From: Narcine bancroftii
Lineage: Eukaryota
Reading direction: 5' to 3'
DNA length: 64,000 nt
NCBI RefSeq assembly: GCF_036971445.1
Contig: NC_091471.1
Coordinates: forward strand, 355,012,001 to 355,076,000
Shown here: piece after piece, positions 47,093 to 58,459 of the stretch
Layout: every line of letters begins with the position of its first letter
How positions within the stretch are numbered: the first letter of the stretch is position 1
Made by a program: the position numbers and the translations under genes
Notes under the pieces: generated by a model
What the model was told of the DNA's origin: nothing
The model's database searches: none
Seen by the model: only the letters and a program-made list of their open reading frames with translations

Positions 47093-47177
47093 GTGAGTTT
47101 TCCTTGTATCATTAATATCAATATTTCACCTAGGTTGCACCTGTATTTTAAAAAAAAATGTGTAAATTATTCTGCAG

Positions 47178-47339
47178 ACCATCGAGAGTTTTGCAGCTCA
47201 GGAGAAGCAGATGGAAGTGTGTGAAGTGTGTGGTGCATTTCTTATCGTGGGCGATGCCCAGTCGAGGGTCGATGATCATCTGATGGGGAAACAACACATG
47301 GGATACGCCAAGATCAAAGCCACAGTGGAAGAACTGAAG
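47178..47339 (+). CDS. LUC7L3: LUC7L3 coding exon 7 (zinc finger 2)
   Basis: CTGCAG|TIESFAAQEKQMEVCEVCGAFLIVGDAQSRVDDHLMGKQHMGYAKIKATVEELK|GTTAGT; 162 nt. Confidence 0.96.
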
Positions 47340-48194
47340 GTTAGTATGCAATCCATAGGGTGTAGATGTCTAGTGGACAGATCAGATCCATGTTACAATG
47401 TGCATTTTTGGAAGGACATCACAGGTTACCCAAAATAATAGTGGGGAGAACAGGAATAATTGCATGCTATCTTTTAAGCATTAAAGATTAATGATATTGA
47501 GAGGAGATTAAAGATTTTGTATACTCTGGTGCAGAACTGCATTTGAATATTAGTGTGGATGCATTGAGTTTAGCATTTATCACTGGTGTGCTAACTTTGT
47601 TTAGTGTGTATTGACAAGCAGGCCAGTAAGCTTAGTGCATTGATTTGAATGAGATTACTTAACTGGAGTTGTAGACTAGTGGGATTGTTTGGCTTGTGTA
47701 TGGGGGACTGTTATTGGCATGCAGTATTGAGTAGCTTGTATCCATACAAAATAATAATTTTTTAAATGTAGATATGCAGCACAGTTACAGGCCCTTCTAG
47801 CCCACGAGCCTGAGCTGCCAAATACCCCAATTAACCTACAACCAGGAACATAGGGTTGTAGAAGAGCTTTTGGCATACTATTACCTGTGTAATAGACAAG
47901 TTCAGGGGACCAATTTTTCAGGACAAATTTTGGTGTGGGGGGGTCAACTTTTACATATATACTACTTTTGACCGTGTTAAATACCTGCGTCATTCAAGGC
48001 AACAGGAATTTGGGCGGCTGGGACTGGATGGTAAGTCCACATTCGAGGCATCAGAAATTTGGATGGGTGGCAGTTGGGACCAGAAATGGAGGGGGGAGGG
48101 GAGGGGGAATCGACTTTCACGTGCGATATATGATTTTTGGGCCAAAAGAGCGTGGGGACAACTTTTACATGGGATCAGCTATTATTCGAGTATA

Positions 48195-48679
48195 TATGGC
48201 ATTGGTTTTCATAAATCAGTGTATTGAGTATAGAAGTTGGGATGTTATTGGTAAAGTTGTTTAACACATTTGAGGCAAATTTGGAGTATTATGTGCAATT
48301 TAGGTCACCAAACCACAGGAAATATATCAATAAGATTGAAGGAATGCAGAAAAGATTTATTAAGATGTTGCCAGGACTTCATGAACGGAGTTACAGGGAA
48401 AGGTTAAGCAGATTAGGGAGATTTGATAGAGGTATAGAAAATTATGAGTGGGGTACACAGAGTAAAGTCAACTAGGCTTTTTCACTGAGGGTAGGTGAGA
48501 TACAAACCAGAGGACATGGGTTAAGGGTGAAGGGGAAAAAGTTTAGAAAGAACTTCTTCACAGAGTAGTGGGAGTGTGGAATAAACTACTAGCTGAAGTG
48601 GTGAATGAGTGCTCAATTTTTGCATTTAAAAAAAGTTTGGGACATGTACATGGATGGGAGAGGGTCTGGAAGGCTTTGA
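48195..48679 (+). mobile_element. CR1 3' fragment hosting the L1 insertion (tail resumes at 54653)
   Basis: NLEYYVQFRSP..RKYINKIEGMQKRFIKMLPGL..SYRERLSRLG; the 3' UTR matches the CR1 tail at ~12660-12750 across the L1. Confidence 0.8.
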
Positions 48680-48827
48680 ACTCTGTCGGTCAAGAGGAGT
48701 CACGTGATGGAGTAGTGGCCGGACAGTGAACTCCAGCCCTCTCCAGAAAAGTCGGGAAAAACAAAGGAAAACACAAAGGCACAGAAATAAAAGTGAAAAA
48801 AAAAGTGAGTATAAAGGTGGAAAGAAG

Positions 48828-50061
48828 ATGGCGACAAAAAAAGAAAAATCGAAAGCAACGGTAAGAAGAGAGGAAGAGAAGACAACGGAGGAAAAAGGTG
48901 AAGGCCTTACCTGTTCGAAGAGGCCCGCAGTGGAGAGAGAAACCCGCTCCCTCAGGTCGGTAGATAATGGACTACAAAAATGGCTCGCTGAGCCGAGAAA
49001 AAGTGCGCAACCGCGCATGCGTGAAGAGTCGCGCATGCGCGATGCGCATGAAAAAAAACACACCGACGGGAGGGGGGACCAGCTGGGGAGTCGATCTCCA
49101 CAGCCGGCAACGACAGCTGCAGAACACCTGCAGCAAGAAGAGACCACAGAAGACAATGGAAACAAGAAAGAAGAGAAGGAAAGGGCAACAAAGAAACAAC
49201 AGATGGCCAACCCAGAGGAGGAAGAAGAAGAGGAAGAGGAAGAGTACAGTGAAATGGAAGAAGAAGAGAAAGGCAAGATAAAGGAGGTACTTTCTCTTAT
49301 TAAAGGATACATGGAGTCATTTAAAGAATGGCAAACACAGGAATTTAATGATTTAAGAAAAAGAATAAACAACACAGAAGAGAAAATGAATAAAATAGAT
49401 ATGACCTTAACAGAAATGGGAAAGAAAATGGACAAGATGGAAGAGCGGGCAGTAGCAGCAGAAATGGAGGTAGAAGACTTAAAAAAGAAATTGGAGGAAT
49501 CTAATAAAAAAGCGATAGAGACACAAGAACTGTTAGCTCAAAAAAATAGATATAATGGAAAATTATAACAGAAGAAATAACATAAAGATAGTGGGCCTTA
49601 AGGAAGATGAAGAAGGCAAGAATATGAGGGAGTTTATAAAAGATTGGATCCCTAAGACCCTAGGATGTCCAGAACTACAGCAAGAAATGGAAATAGAAAG
49701 GGCACATAGAGCATTGGCCTCTAAACCACAACCACAACAAAAACCAAGATCTATTGTAGTAAAATTCCTAAGATATACTATAAGAGAAAAGGTACTGGAG
49801 AAGACAATGGAAAAAGTAAGAGAGGGCAACGAACCACTGGAGTATAAAGGGCAAAAAATCTTCATTTATCCAGATATAAGTTTTGAACTCCTAAAGAAGA
49901 GAAAAGAGTTCAATACAGCAAAGGCGATTTTATGGAAGAAAGGGTATAAATTTATACTAAAGCACCCAGCGGTATTGAAAATATTTATTCCAGGACAACA
50001 AAACAGACTATTTTCGGACCCAGAAGAAGCACGAAAATTTGCAGAACAATTACAAAAATAG
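48828..50061 (+). pseudogene. L1 ORF1 (~410 aa once corrected), split by a +1 A in a homopolymer at 49540-49546
   Basis: The two ORF-track pieces (48726-49568 and 49555-50061) join if A7 is read as A6, as in the sister copy at ~18708. Confidence 0.88.
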
Positions 50062-50586
50062 ACTGAGGGATGAAGACGGGTAATGAGAGTAAAAATGATC
50101 ACGATTGATATGTATGTGGGTAAAGAGGTATAAGAGTGAATAGATAAAATGTGCATATGTGAAGGTATCTGTACTTAGAGGAAAATATAGATAGTATAGA
50201 TAAGAATGAATAAGGGAAGGAAATGGAATAGAGAGAATAAGGAGGGAATTAAAAGAGTGACCTTTGTTACATATGAAAAGTGAAATCTTTTCTGGGGAGG
50301 GCTGGGTGGGGAGAAATAGCGGTCACTGCAAAATCAGTTGACGCTTGCGAGTGAATTCGCAAACCCAAATGGAGAGGGGAGATGTGGTTGTTCGACAAGG
50401 GATAAAGGACAACTCAGGAGGGGAAGGGGAGATTGGGGATAAAGAAGATATAAATAGAAGAATAAGGAAAATGTTGGATGTTGTAGGAATGTTGTCTTAT
50501 AAAGAGTTGAAAATAAGAAAACAGAAATGAAAAAGGAGGAAAGGTAATGATGGAAAAACGGAAGGAGAAGATAAACAAAGTATAAA

Positions 50587-53500
50587 ATGGCTACGCTGAA
50601 CTATATGACTTTAAATATTAATGGAATACATAACCAAATTAAAAGGAAGAAACTACTAAATTTACTGAAAAAGGAAAAAATTGATATAGCATTTGTCCAA
50701 GAAACACACTTAACTGAATTGGAGCACAAGAAATTAAAGAGAGATTGGGTAGGACATGTAACAGCAGCATCGTATAATTCAAAAGCAAGAGGAGTGGCTA
50801 TATTAATTAGTAAAAATGTGCCATTTAAAATAGAAGAGGAAATAATAGATCCAGCAGGGAGATATGTTATGATAAAATGTCAGATATATTCGGAGTTTTG
50901 GAATCTACTTAATGTATATTCACCTAACGAAGAAGATCAAAAGTTTATGCAAGATATCTTTTTGAAGGTGGCTAATACGCAAGGGAACATACTAATAGGA
51001 GGGGATTTCAACCTGAATTTGGATCCAAATATGGATAAAACGGGGAAAAAAATTAACAGGAAGAACAAAGTAACCAAATTTATAATTAAATCAATGCAAG
51101 AAATGAAACTTTTGGATATATGGAGGAAACAAAACCCAAAAGAAAAGGAATACTCATACTACTCGGCTAGACATAAAACATACTCAAGAATAGACCTATT
51201 TTTGTTATCAGCTAGTATGCAGGATAGAGTAAGAAAAACAGAATATAAAGCGAGAATACTATCGGACCATTCACCCTTAATATTGACAGTAAAGCTGGAG
51301 GACATCCCTCCAAGAATGTATAGATGGAGATTAAACCCCATGCTACTTAAAAGACAGGATTTTAGAGAATTTATTGAAAAACAATTAAAAATGTATTTTG
51401 AAGTAAATACGGAATCAGTGGAAGATAAGTTTATACTATGGGACACAATGAAAGCATTCATTAGAGGGCAAATAATAAGCTATGTAACCAAGATGAAGAA
51501 GGACTGTAATCAGGAAACAGAGCAGTTGGAAAGGGAAATAGTAAACATAGAAAAAAAATTAGCAATAAAGGAAGATACAACTAAAAGAGAATTGGCGGAT
51601 AAAAAAATAAAATATGAAACATTACAAACATATAAGGTAGAGAAGAATATAATGAAGACAAAACAGAAATATGAACTAGGGGAAAAAACGCACAAAATCC
51701 TAGCATGGCAGTTTAAGACAGAACAAGCTAAGAAAATGGTATTGGCATCAAGGAAAAAAGACAAACAAATTACATATAATCCAAAAGAAATTAAGGAAAA
51801 CTTTAGAGAATTCTATGAACAATTATACCGAACTGAAAATGAAGGGAAAGAAGGGAAAATAGAGGAATTTTTGACTAAAATTGAACTACCAAAACTACAA
51901 ATAGAGGAACAAAATAAATTAACAGAACCATTTGGAATAGTAGAAATACAAGAGATAATAAAAAAATTACCAAATAATAAGACACCAGGAGAGGATGGAT
52001 TTCCAATAGAATTCTACAAAACATTTAAAGACTTATTAATACCGCCCCTCCTGGATGTAATCAACCAGATTGATGAAACACAAAGCTTACCAGATTCATG
52101 TAAAACAGCAATAATTACAGTAATACTAAAACAAGGGAAAGATCCACTCTTACCAGCGTCATATAGACCAATATCTTTGCTAAACACAGACTATAAGATA
52201 ATAGCTAAACTATTAGCAAACAGATTAGCAGAACAGGTACCAAAAATGGTAAATTTAGACCAAACTGGATTTATCAAAAAAAGGCGCACAACAGACAATA
52301 TTTGTAAATTTATTAACTTAATTCATGCAGTAGAAGGAAATGAAGCACCTGCAGTAGCAGTTGCTTTAGATGCAGAGAAGGCCTTCGACAGAGTAGAATG
52401 GAATTATTTGTTCAAAGTATTGCAAAAATTCGGTTTACCGGAGAAGTATATTAATTGGATTAAAGCATTATATAAGGGACCGTTAGTGAAAGTGACAGTA
52501 AATGGACATGTATCAAAGCAATTTAACTTAAGCAGGTCAACGCGGCAGGGATGCCCACTATCACCTTTATTGTTTGCGCTAGCTATAGAACCACTAGCAG
52601 AATTGATAAGAATAGATAATAATATAAAAGGAATAAAAATAAAAGACAGGGAATATAAAATCAGTTTATTTGCGGATGATGTTATAGTGTACTTAACAGA
52701 ACCAGAACTATCAATAAAAGAATTATATAAGAAATTGAAGGAATATGGAGAAGTGTCGGGATACAAGATAAACGTAAATAAAAGTGAAGCAATGCCTATG
52801 AATAACGCAGATTTCTCAAAATTTAAGAAGGAATCTCCATTCAGGTGGCAAATGCAGGCAATAAGATACCTAGGTGTACAAATAAACAAAAATCTAGGCC
52901 AATTATATAAACTCAATTATAATCCACTAATGAAAAAATTACAGGACGATTTAGAGCATTGGAAAGATCAACCACTAACACTGATAGGAAGGATAAACTG
53001 TATTAAAATGAACATTTTTCCAAGGATATTATACTTATTTCAGGCATTGCCAATACAACTGACAGAAAAATTCTTCAAAGAGTTAAAGAAAATAATAAGG
53101 AAATTTTTATGGAGAGGGGGGAAACCGAGGATAGCACTAGATAAATTAACAGAATGGTATAAACAAGGAGGCTTACAATTGCCAAACTTTAAAAATTATT
53201 ATAGAGCCGCACAATTAAGATACCTATCAGATTTTTATCAAACAAGGGAAAAACCAAACTGGACGAGATTGGAATTAGATAAAATAGGGGAAAAGATACC
53301 TGAACACATATTATATAAATGGGACGAAAAATTGGTACAACATAGAACTTCTCCAGTATTACATCATCTCCTCAATATTTGGAAGAAGATCCATGTAGAA
53401 AGAAATAAAACAAATTATCAATTACCAAAACTAATATTGACGCAAAATAAGCTACTCCCTTTTACAATAGACAACCTTTCCTTTAGAGAATGGGAAAAAA

Positions 53501-54441
53501 AAGGGATTAAAAGAATAGAAAATTGTTTTTCAGGAAGTAGATTCTTATCCTTTGAACAAATGAGAGATAAGTACAATACAACTGGAGATACAGTGCTGGC
53601 ATATTACCAACTGAGATCCTACTTGAAGGATAAATTAGGAAGCAATTTGAGTTTACCAGAGGGAAGTAACCTTGAATATGTGATTACAGATACAATGTTA
53701 ATCAAAAGATTTATAACAAATATGTATATTAAACTGCAAGAAAAGGAGAATGAGGAAACAAATGGTAAAACTAAACAAAAATGGGAACAAGATTTAAATA
53801 TAAAGATAAAAAAGGAAACATGGGAGAAATTATGTTCTGGAACGATGAGAAATACAATAAATACGAGGCTACGTATGATACAATATAATTGGTTACACAG
53901 ACTATACATTACACCGCAAAAGTTAAATAAATGGGACCCAACAGTATCTGATAGATGTTTTCGATGTAAAAAAGAAATGGGAACAACAATTCATGCAATC
54001 TGGACATGTGAGAGAGTAAAAAAATTTTGGGATGATCTCAATCAGATATTAAATAAAATAACAGAAAACAATATACCAAAGAATCCAGAGATCTTTCTCC
54101 TAAGTAACATAAAAAACAAAGAATTTGGAATTGATTTGGAGGATGCACAAAAAAGATTTGTTAAGATAGCCCTAGCCGTAGCAAAAACATGTATTATGTC
54201 AACCTGGAAATTGGAAGATAATTTGAAAATACAACAATGGTATATAGAAATGAATAAATATATTCCAGTAGAAAAAATAACATATAGTTTAAGAAATAAT
54301 ATTGAAATATTCGAACAAGTATGGGAGCCTTACATTAAATACAATAGCGAAAACCTACCGGAACAAACATTACCTAAGTTGATGGAAGGAGAAGAGAAGA
54401 AAAGAATGGACTCAGTAGAATTTCTGGTGTATTTTTGTTGA
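50587..54441 (+). CDS. L1 ORF2 protein, 1284 aa: APE endonuclease, reverse transcriptase, C-terminal Cys/His knuckle
   Basis: TLNING, VQETH, GGDFN, SRID, SDH; PGEDG, YRPISLLN, LDAEKAFD, RQGCPLSP, FADD, YLG; CFRCKKEMGTTIHAIWTC. Open reading frame throughout. Confidence 0.95.
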   Translation: MATLNYMTLNINGIHNQIKRKKLLNLLKKEKIDIAFVQETHLTELEHKKLKRDWVGHVTAASYNSKARGVAILISKNVPFKIEEEIIDPAGRYVMIKCQIYSEFWNLLNVYSPNEEDQKFMQDIFLKVANTQGNILIGGDFNLNLDPNMDKTGKKINRKNKVTKFIIKSMQEMKLLDIWRKQNPKEKEYSYYSARHKTYSRIDLFLLSASMQDRVRKTEYKARILSDHSPLILTVKLEDIPPRMYRWRLNPMLLKRQDFREFIEKQLKMYFEVNTESVEDKFILWDTMKAFIRGQIISYVTKMKKDCNQETEQLEREIVNIEKKLAIKEDTTKRELADKKIKYETLQTYKVEKNIMKTKQKYELGEKTHKILAWQFKTEQAKKMVLASRKKDKQITYNPKEIKENFREFYEQLYRTENEGKEGKIEEFLTKIELPKLQIEEQNKLTEPFGIVEIQEIIKKLPNNKTPGEDGFPIEFYKTFKDLLIPPLLDVINQIDETQSLPDSCKTAIITVILKQGKDPLLPASYRPISLLNTDYKIIAKLLANRLAEQVPKMVNLDQTGFIKKRRTTDNICKFINLIHAVEGNEAPAVAVALDAEKAFDRVEWNYLFKVLQKFGLPEKYINWIKALYKGPLVKVTVNGHVSKQFNLSRSTRQGCPLSPLLFALAIEPLAELIRIDNNIKGIKIKDREYKISLFADDVIVYLTEPELSIKELYKKLKEYGEVSGYKINVNKSEAMPMNNADFSKFKKESPFRWQMQAIRYLGVQINKNLGQLYKLNYNPLMKKLQDDLEHWKDQPLTLIGRINCIKMNIFPRILYLFQALPIQLTEKFFKELKKIIRKFLWRGGKPRIALDKLTEWYKQGGLQLPNFKNYYRAAQLRYLSDFYQTREKPNWTRLELDKIGEKIPEHILYKWDEKLVQHRTSPVLHHLLNIWKKIHVERNKTNYQLPKLILTQNKLLPFTIDNLSFREWEKKGIKRIENCFSGSRFLSFEQMRDKYNTTGDTVLAYYQLRSYLKDKLGSNLSLPEGSNLEYVITDTMLIKRFITNMYIKLQEKENEETNGKTKQKWEQDLNIKIKKETWEKLCSGTMRNTINTRLRMIQYNWLHRLYITPQKLNKWDPTVSDRCFRCKKEMGTTIHAIWTCERVKKFWDDLNQILNKITENNIPKNPEIFLLSNIKNKEFGIDLEDAQKRFVKIALAVAKTCIMSTWKLEDNLKIQQWYIEMNKYIPVEKITYSLRNNIEIFEQVWEPYIKYNSENLPEQTLPKLMEGEEKKRMDSVEFLVYFC

Positions 54442-54715
54442 ATGACAACATTGTCTGACTGAATTAATGCAACCTAGATTGTATACCTAAAATGGATGAG
54501 GGGGTGGGGGTGGGGGGGTGGCTTGGGAGGAGGGAGGTGGGGGGGGAGAAAAAGTCACTGTAAATGTGTGAAAAAGAAAAAGTGTATATCATGGCTAATG
54601 TGATTTATGGTGTGAAAAAGAAAAAATTAAAAAAAAAGTACTCTGTCGGTCAGTGGGACTAGGCAGAATAATAGTTTGGCACAGACTAGAATGTTCAATG
54701 GTTTATGTTCTAATC

Positions 54716-54857
54716 CCTGTACATTTTGAAGGGTGGGAGGAAACCCACGCAGACACAAGAAGGACATACAGACATCTTACATACAGTGCCGAATTCAAAC
54801 CTGGATTACTGGCTCTCTAATAGCATTGCACTAACTGCTATGCTAACCGTGCTGCCC
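54716..54857 (-). mobile_element. tRNA-derived SINE (V-SINE/HE1-like)
   Basis: Reverse complement reads GGGCAGCACGGTTAGCATAGCAGTTAGTG...GGTTTGAATTC...GTCTGCGTGGGTTTCCTCC. Confidence 0.7.
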
Positions 54858-55030
54858 AATGGTCTATGAAGCAAGAATTCTATATTATTGGTCTGTGAAT
54901 GATAACAGGAGAATGTTTAGGCTGGTGTGTGCTGGGTTGTACTTTGCTTTGGAGGTGTGGGCCAAGTAAGGGTGTGTGGGTCTGCATGGGGAAGGTAGAG
55001 GCTGTGTCTTTAGTGTTTCATTTTTTCCAG

Positions 55031-55314
55031 GAGAAGGTTCGAAAGAAAACTGAAGAACCAGAACGCGATGACAAATTAAAACGGGAAAGGGAGGAACGGG
55101 AGCTTGAGCGAGAGCGAGAAGAAAGGGAGAAGAAACGCCGCCGGGAAGAGGAGGAGAAAGAGAAGGAGCGGGAACGTGAAAGAGAGGCGCGACGTAGGAG
55201 GAGCCACTCGCGTAGCCGGCACTCCCACTCCAGCCGAGTGTCTGAGCGCAGGCGGAGCAGATCACGAGAGCGCAAGCGTTCCCGAAGCAAAGAACGGGAA
55301 AAGAAACGGAGCAG
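55031..55314 (+). CDS. LUC7L3: LUC7L3 coding exon 8 (RE/RS-rich)
   Basis: TTCCAG|EKVRKKTEEPERDDKLKRERE...RSRSKEREKKRS AG|GTATTT; 284 nt. Confidence 0.95.
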
Positions 55315-56129
55315 GTATTTTGTGGGACTACAAATTGGAGAGGGGCTGCAGTGCTTGTAATGATTCTCGCCTTTTCACTTTGGAGCATAGAAGGATGAGA
55401 GGAGACTTGATAGGATCAGAAAATACCAGAGGACATGTGTACAAAGTTAAGGGAGGGAAGTTTAAATGAGATATTAAGGGTAGTTTTTTTTAAAAAACAC
55501 AGAGGGTTGTAGGTGCCTGGAATGCCTTGCTAGGGATGGTGGTGGGGGATGAAACATTGGGGGCATTTAAGAGACTCTTAGACACACAGATGAAAGAAAA
55601 ATAAAGGGTTATGGGGTAGGGATGGTTTAGTACTTTTTTAGTAAGGAATATATGTACTGTTGTTCTCAGCAGTAACCCACAGGTGCCATCTGCCAAGATC
55701 GCTGTGAATCTGCAGGATGCATCTTTGTGTGAGCCCTTTTGAGCACACTGCATAATATTACCATCCATTACTGTGTCTGCTGTGCAGCAAGACGACTTGA
55801 TGGGTTCCAGCCTCAAAATTTGACCACTGATGCTGATCAACTTGCTGAGTTCCTGCAAATTCCAACATCTACACTCTTGTGTGGCTCAAAGTTTCAGTGG
55901 ATGAATGGGACCAGTTCCCTTGCTGACATGTCTGTCCTTGGTATCCCATTCCCTTGCTGACATGTCTGTCTGTGGTCTCGTACTGCCAGATTGAGGAACA
56001 TGTGTAAGGACAGCATGACATCGGTTATAAATGCAAGATATAGACTGGTTCAATATAATTTTTTACACCAATTATATTTTACCCCACAAGTTACACAGAT
56101 CAAAAGCTGAAATTTCAGAGATGTGTTTC

Positions 56130-56770
56130 AGATGTGGGACTGAGATCGGAATTTTTTTTTACGTACCGCATGGTCATATGTGAAGGTGAGGCCATTTTGG
56201 TAAGAAATCGCAGAAAAATTAACCAGGATAATAGGAATGGCCTTCACGGGCAACCCGGAGCTATATCTACTAGCTAATTTCATGGAACTAAGTGACAAAT
56301 TGAATAAATATCAAATTTCATTTTTAAAAAATAGCACTGGCAATACTGAAAAAATGTATCGTGATCACTTGGAAGTTCAACTCCCCTCTACTTATAGCTC
56401 GATGGACTGTGGAAATGAACAGCTGTGAAAAACCTATGGAAAAAAAAATCACCTACAACTTAAAGAAAAAAAAATGACACTTTTATAAAGGTCTGGCAGT
56501 CATACCTGGACCACATAGGGGCCCAGATACAATAATAAAAGGAACAAAAAGGTATAAAGTAACTATTTTATACAAAAACGTAGTTTCCCCCAACAGTACT
56601 CTATATACTTAAAATATATGTAAGCTATGGCTGTGAACGGATCTATGTATGGAAGGATGGAGGGGCTTTTTGTTTTTGTTGTGTTTGTGAGAAAAAGTTT
56701 AATATATTGTATATTTAAAATGTTACTATATATAATTTTCAAAAAAATAAAAATAAAATATTTTTAAAAA
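56130..56770 (+). mobile_element. L1-like 3' fragment
   Basis: CFRCGTEIG-type knuckle, W..IAEKLTRII, NPELYLL; ends in AATAAA and an A-rich tail. Confidence 0.7.
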
Positions 56771-58292
56771 TTGGAGGAACAACACATCTTGTGCGTGGGC
56801 ACCCTCCAACTGGATGGCTTCTCTAGCTTTCATTAAAACCCACGTGCTCCCCCAACTCCTTACTTCCCCGTCATCTCTCTTGCACAGACATAAATTCCAT
56901 CTAGTCCCATTTCACATCCAGTTAACACCTTTTGTTGGTCTGGATTCCTCCTCCATTGTTTGAATTCTGAGACTTTCTGATAGATCCTGATTCTGCCTTT
57001 TCTGATATTTTCCTTGAAGAAGGGCTCATGTCTGAAATATTGGCAATATATCTTTGTCTCCTATAGATGCTGAAGAGACCTGCTGAGTTCTTCCGGCATT
57101 TCTTTGTTTTTACTACATTCACAGCATCTGCAGCTTATCGTGTTTCTCGCAGTTAGATTGAGAACATGGATAGCAGCATGTAGAAGTTGCCAAATTCAGG
57201 GCTGGAATCTGGCAGACTAGTTAGGCAGTGTATGGCCTCTACTGCTTGAGGGAGAACAGAGTGCAGTCTGGGAGGAAGTTGTAAATTTTCTGTTGAGATA
57301 TATGATGTCCCCTTGGACCTAGCCCCATGCAGCAAACTTGCTCTGAATCAGTGTGTCTGCTTCCACTGGCCAGTCTAGGGTGTAGTTGTCAATTGGAAGG
57401 TCAGAATTTTACCACATCATCAATAGACGTGGACACAAGGGGTGGGCTGCATGCATGAAGCATCCTTCTTTTTGATTTTGCATCATCACATCTTAAACTG
57501 TCTTGTAGTGTATCAGGCCACGTCCAAAGAAACATTGGGTATGGAACCCACTTTAGATTCTATGAATGATGCTCATTGTCCTCCAGCTCAAGTAATAACT
57601 TCCTCATTGAAATTCTTGTTCTTTTCATCTCTTTGTGGCCTCATTAGCTCTTCCCCATAACTGTAGGCTGTTGCCCCACATCCTAATAGTTTCTTGCACT
57701 CCATTTATAGTTGTTCCTAGTTTTAATTGTCCCACGCTAGGTTGAGTCTTCAGCAATCTGGACTCTGAGATTCCTTCTCTCCCTCAATGAATCCCAAGGC
57801 GTAGTCTCATTAACCTATAAGCTTCCTCCATGCCTTGCTTCAGATTTATTGTCAGAGTACATACTTGACATCACATGCTACACTGCGATTCATTTTCTTG
57901 CAGGTCGAGCAGAATTACCACTTATTGGTAGTACAAAAAAGTTCAAAACGTACACATGCTAACAAAATGTAAACAAACTGCAATCAAAAAATCAATAAAG
58001 TACAAAAGTCCGAGTCATTAAGTGAGTCCCTGATTGAGTTTGTTGTTGAGGAGTCTGATGGTGGAGGGAGTGCAGCTGTTCCTGAACCTGGGGGTGCGAG
58101 TCTTGTAGCACCGAGACCGCTTTCCTCATGGTAGCAGCGAGAACAGAGCGTGTGCTGGGTGGTGTGAATCAGATGTGTGTGTTGCATCTGGGGAAGCTAG
58201 AAATATTTTTCTACATTTAGATTCTATGAATGATACTGGCTCTTGTTCTGAGGGTTTTGTTCATTCAACTGTGCTCTAACCTTCCTTCCAAG

Positions 58293-58459
58293 GGGTGAGG
58301 ATCGGCGCAGCAGGGACAGATCTGAGAGAAGCAGGGATCGATCAGAAAGAAAGCACAGGTCCCGGAGCAGAGACCGTCGCAGGTCGAGGAGTCGTGATAC
58401 CAAGTCTCACAAACACAGAAGCAGGAGCAGAGAGAGGGACAGGCGGTCAAAGGAAAAAG
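58293..58459 (+). CDS. LUC7L3: LUC7L3 coding exon 9 (RS domain)
   Basis: CTAAC...TTCCAAG|(R)GEDRRSRDRSERSRDRSERKHRSRSRDRRRSRSRDTKSHKHRSRSRERDRRSKEK G|GTACGG; phases fit. Confidence 0.88.

Larger units (their letters stand above)
48693..54639 (+). mobile_element. Full-length L1-clade LINE (~5.95 kb), sense orientation in LUC7L3 intron 7
   Basis: 13-bp TSD ACTCTGTCGGTCA at 48680-48692 and 54640-54652; 5'UTR, ORF1, 525-bp spacer, ORF2, G-rich 3'UTR and A tail. Confidence 0.96.

Noticed and set aside
48626-49435. Antisense ORFs over L1 (an ORF0-like candidate; also 17922-18603 and 51159-53909)
   Set aside because: Ser/Phe/Leu-rich mirror frames expected opposite an A-rich coding strand; mostly non-ATG starts.
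17924-54652. Target specificity of this L1 family for CR1 3' regions (both copies sit in CR1 remnants)
   Set aside because: The two TSDs and positions within CR1 differ and CR1 is abundant here; two cases cannot support targeting.
55315-58292. LUC7L3 intron 8 as a U12-type intron (CTAAC close to an AAG acceptor)
   Set aside because: The donor is GTATTT rather than GTATCCTT and the branch site is not TCCTTAAC; ordinary U2 intron.
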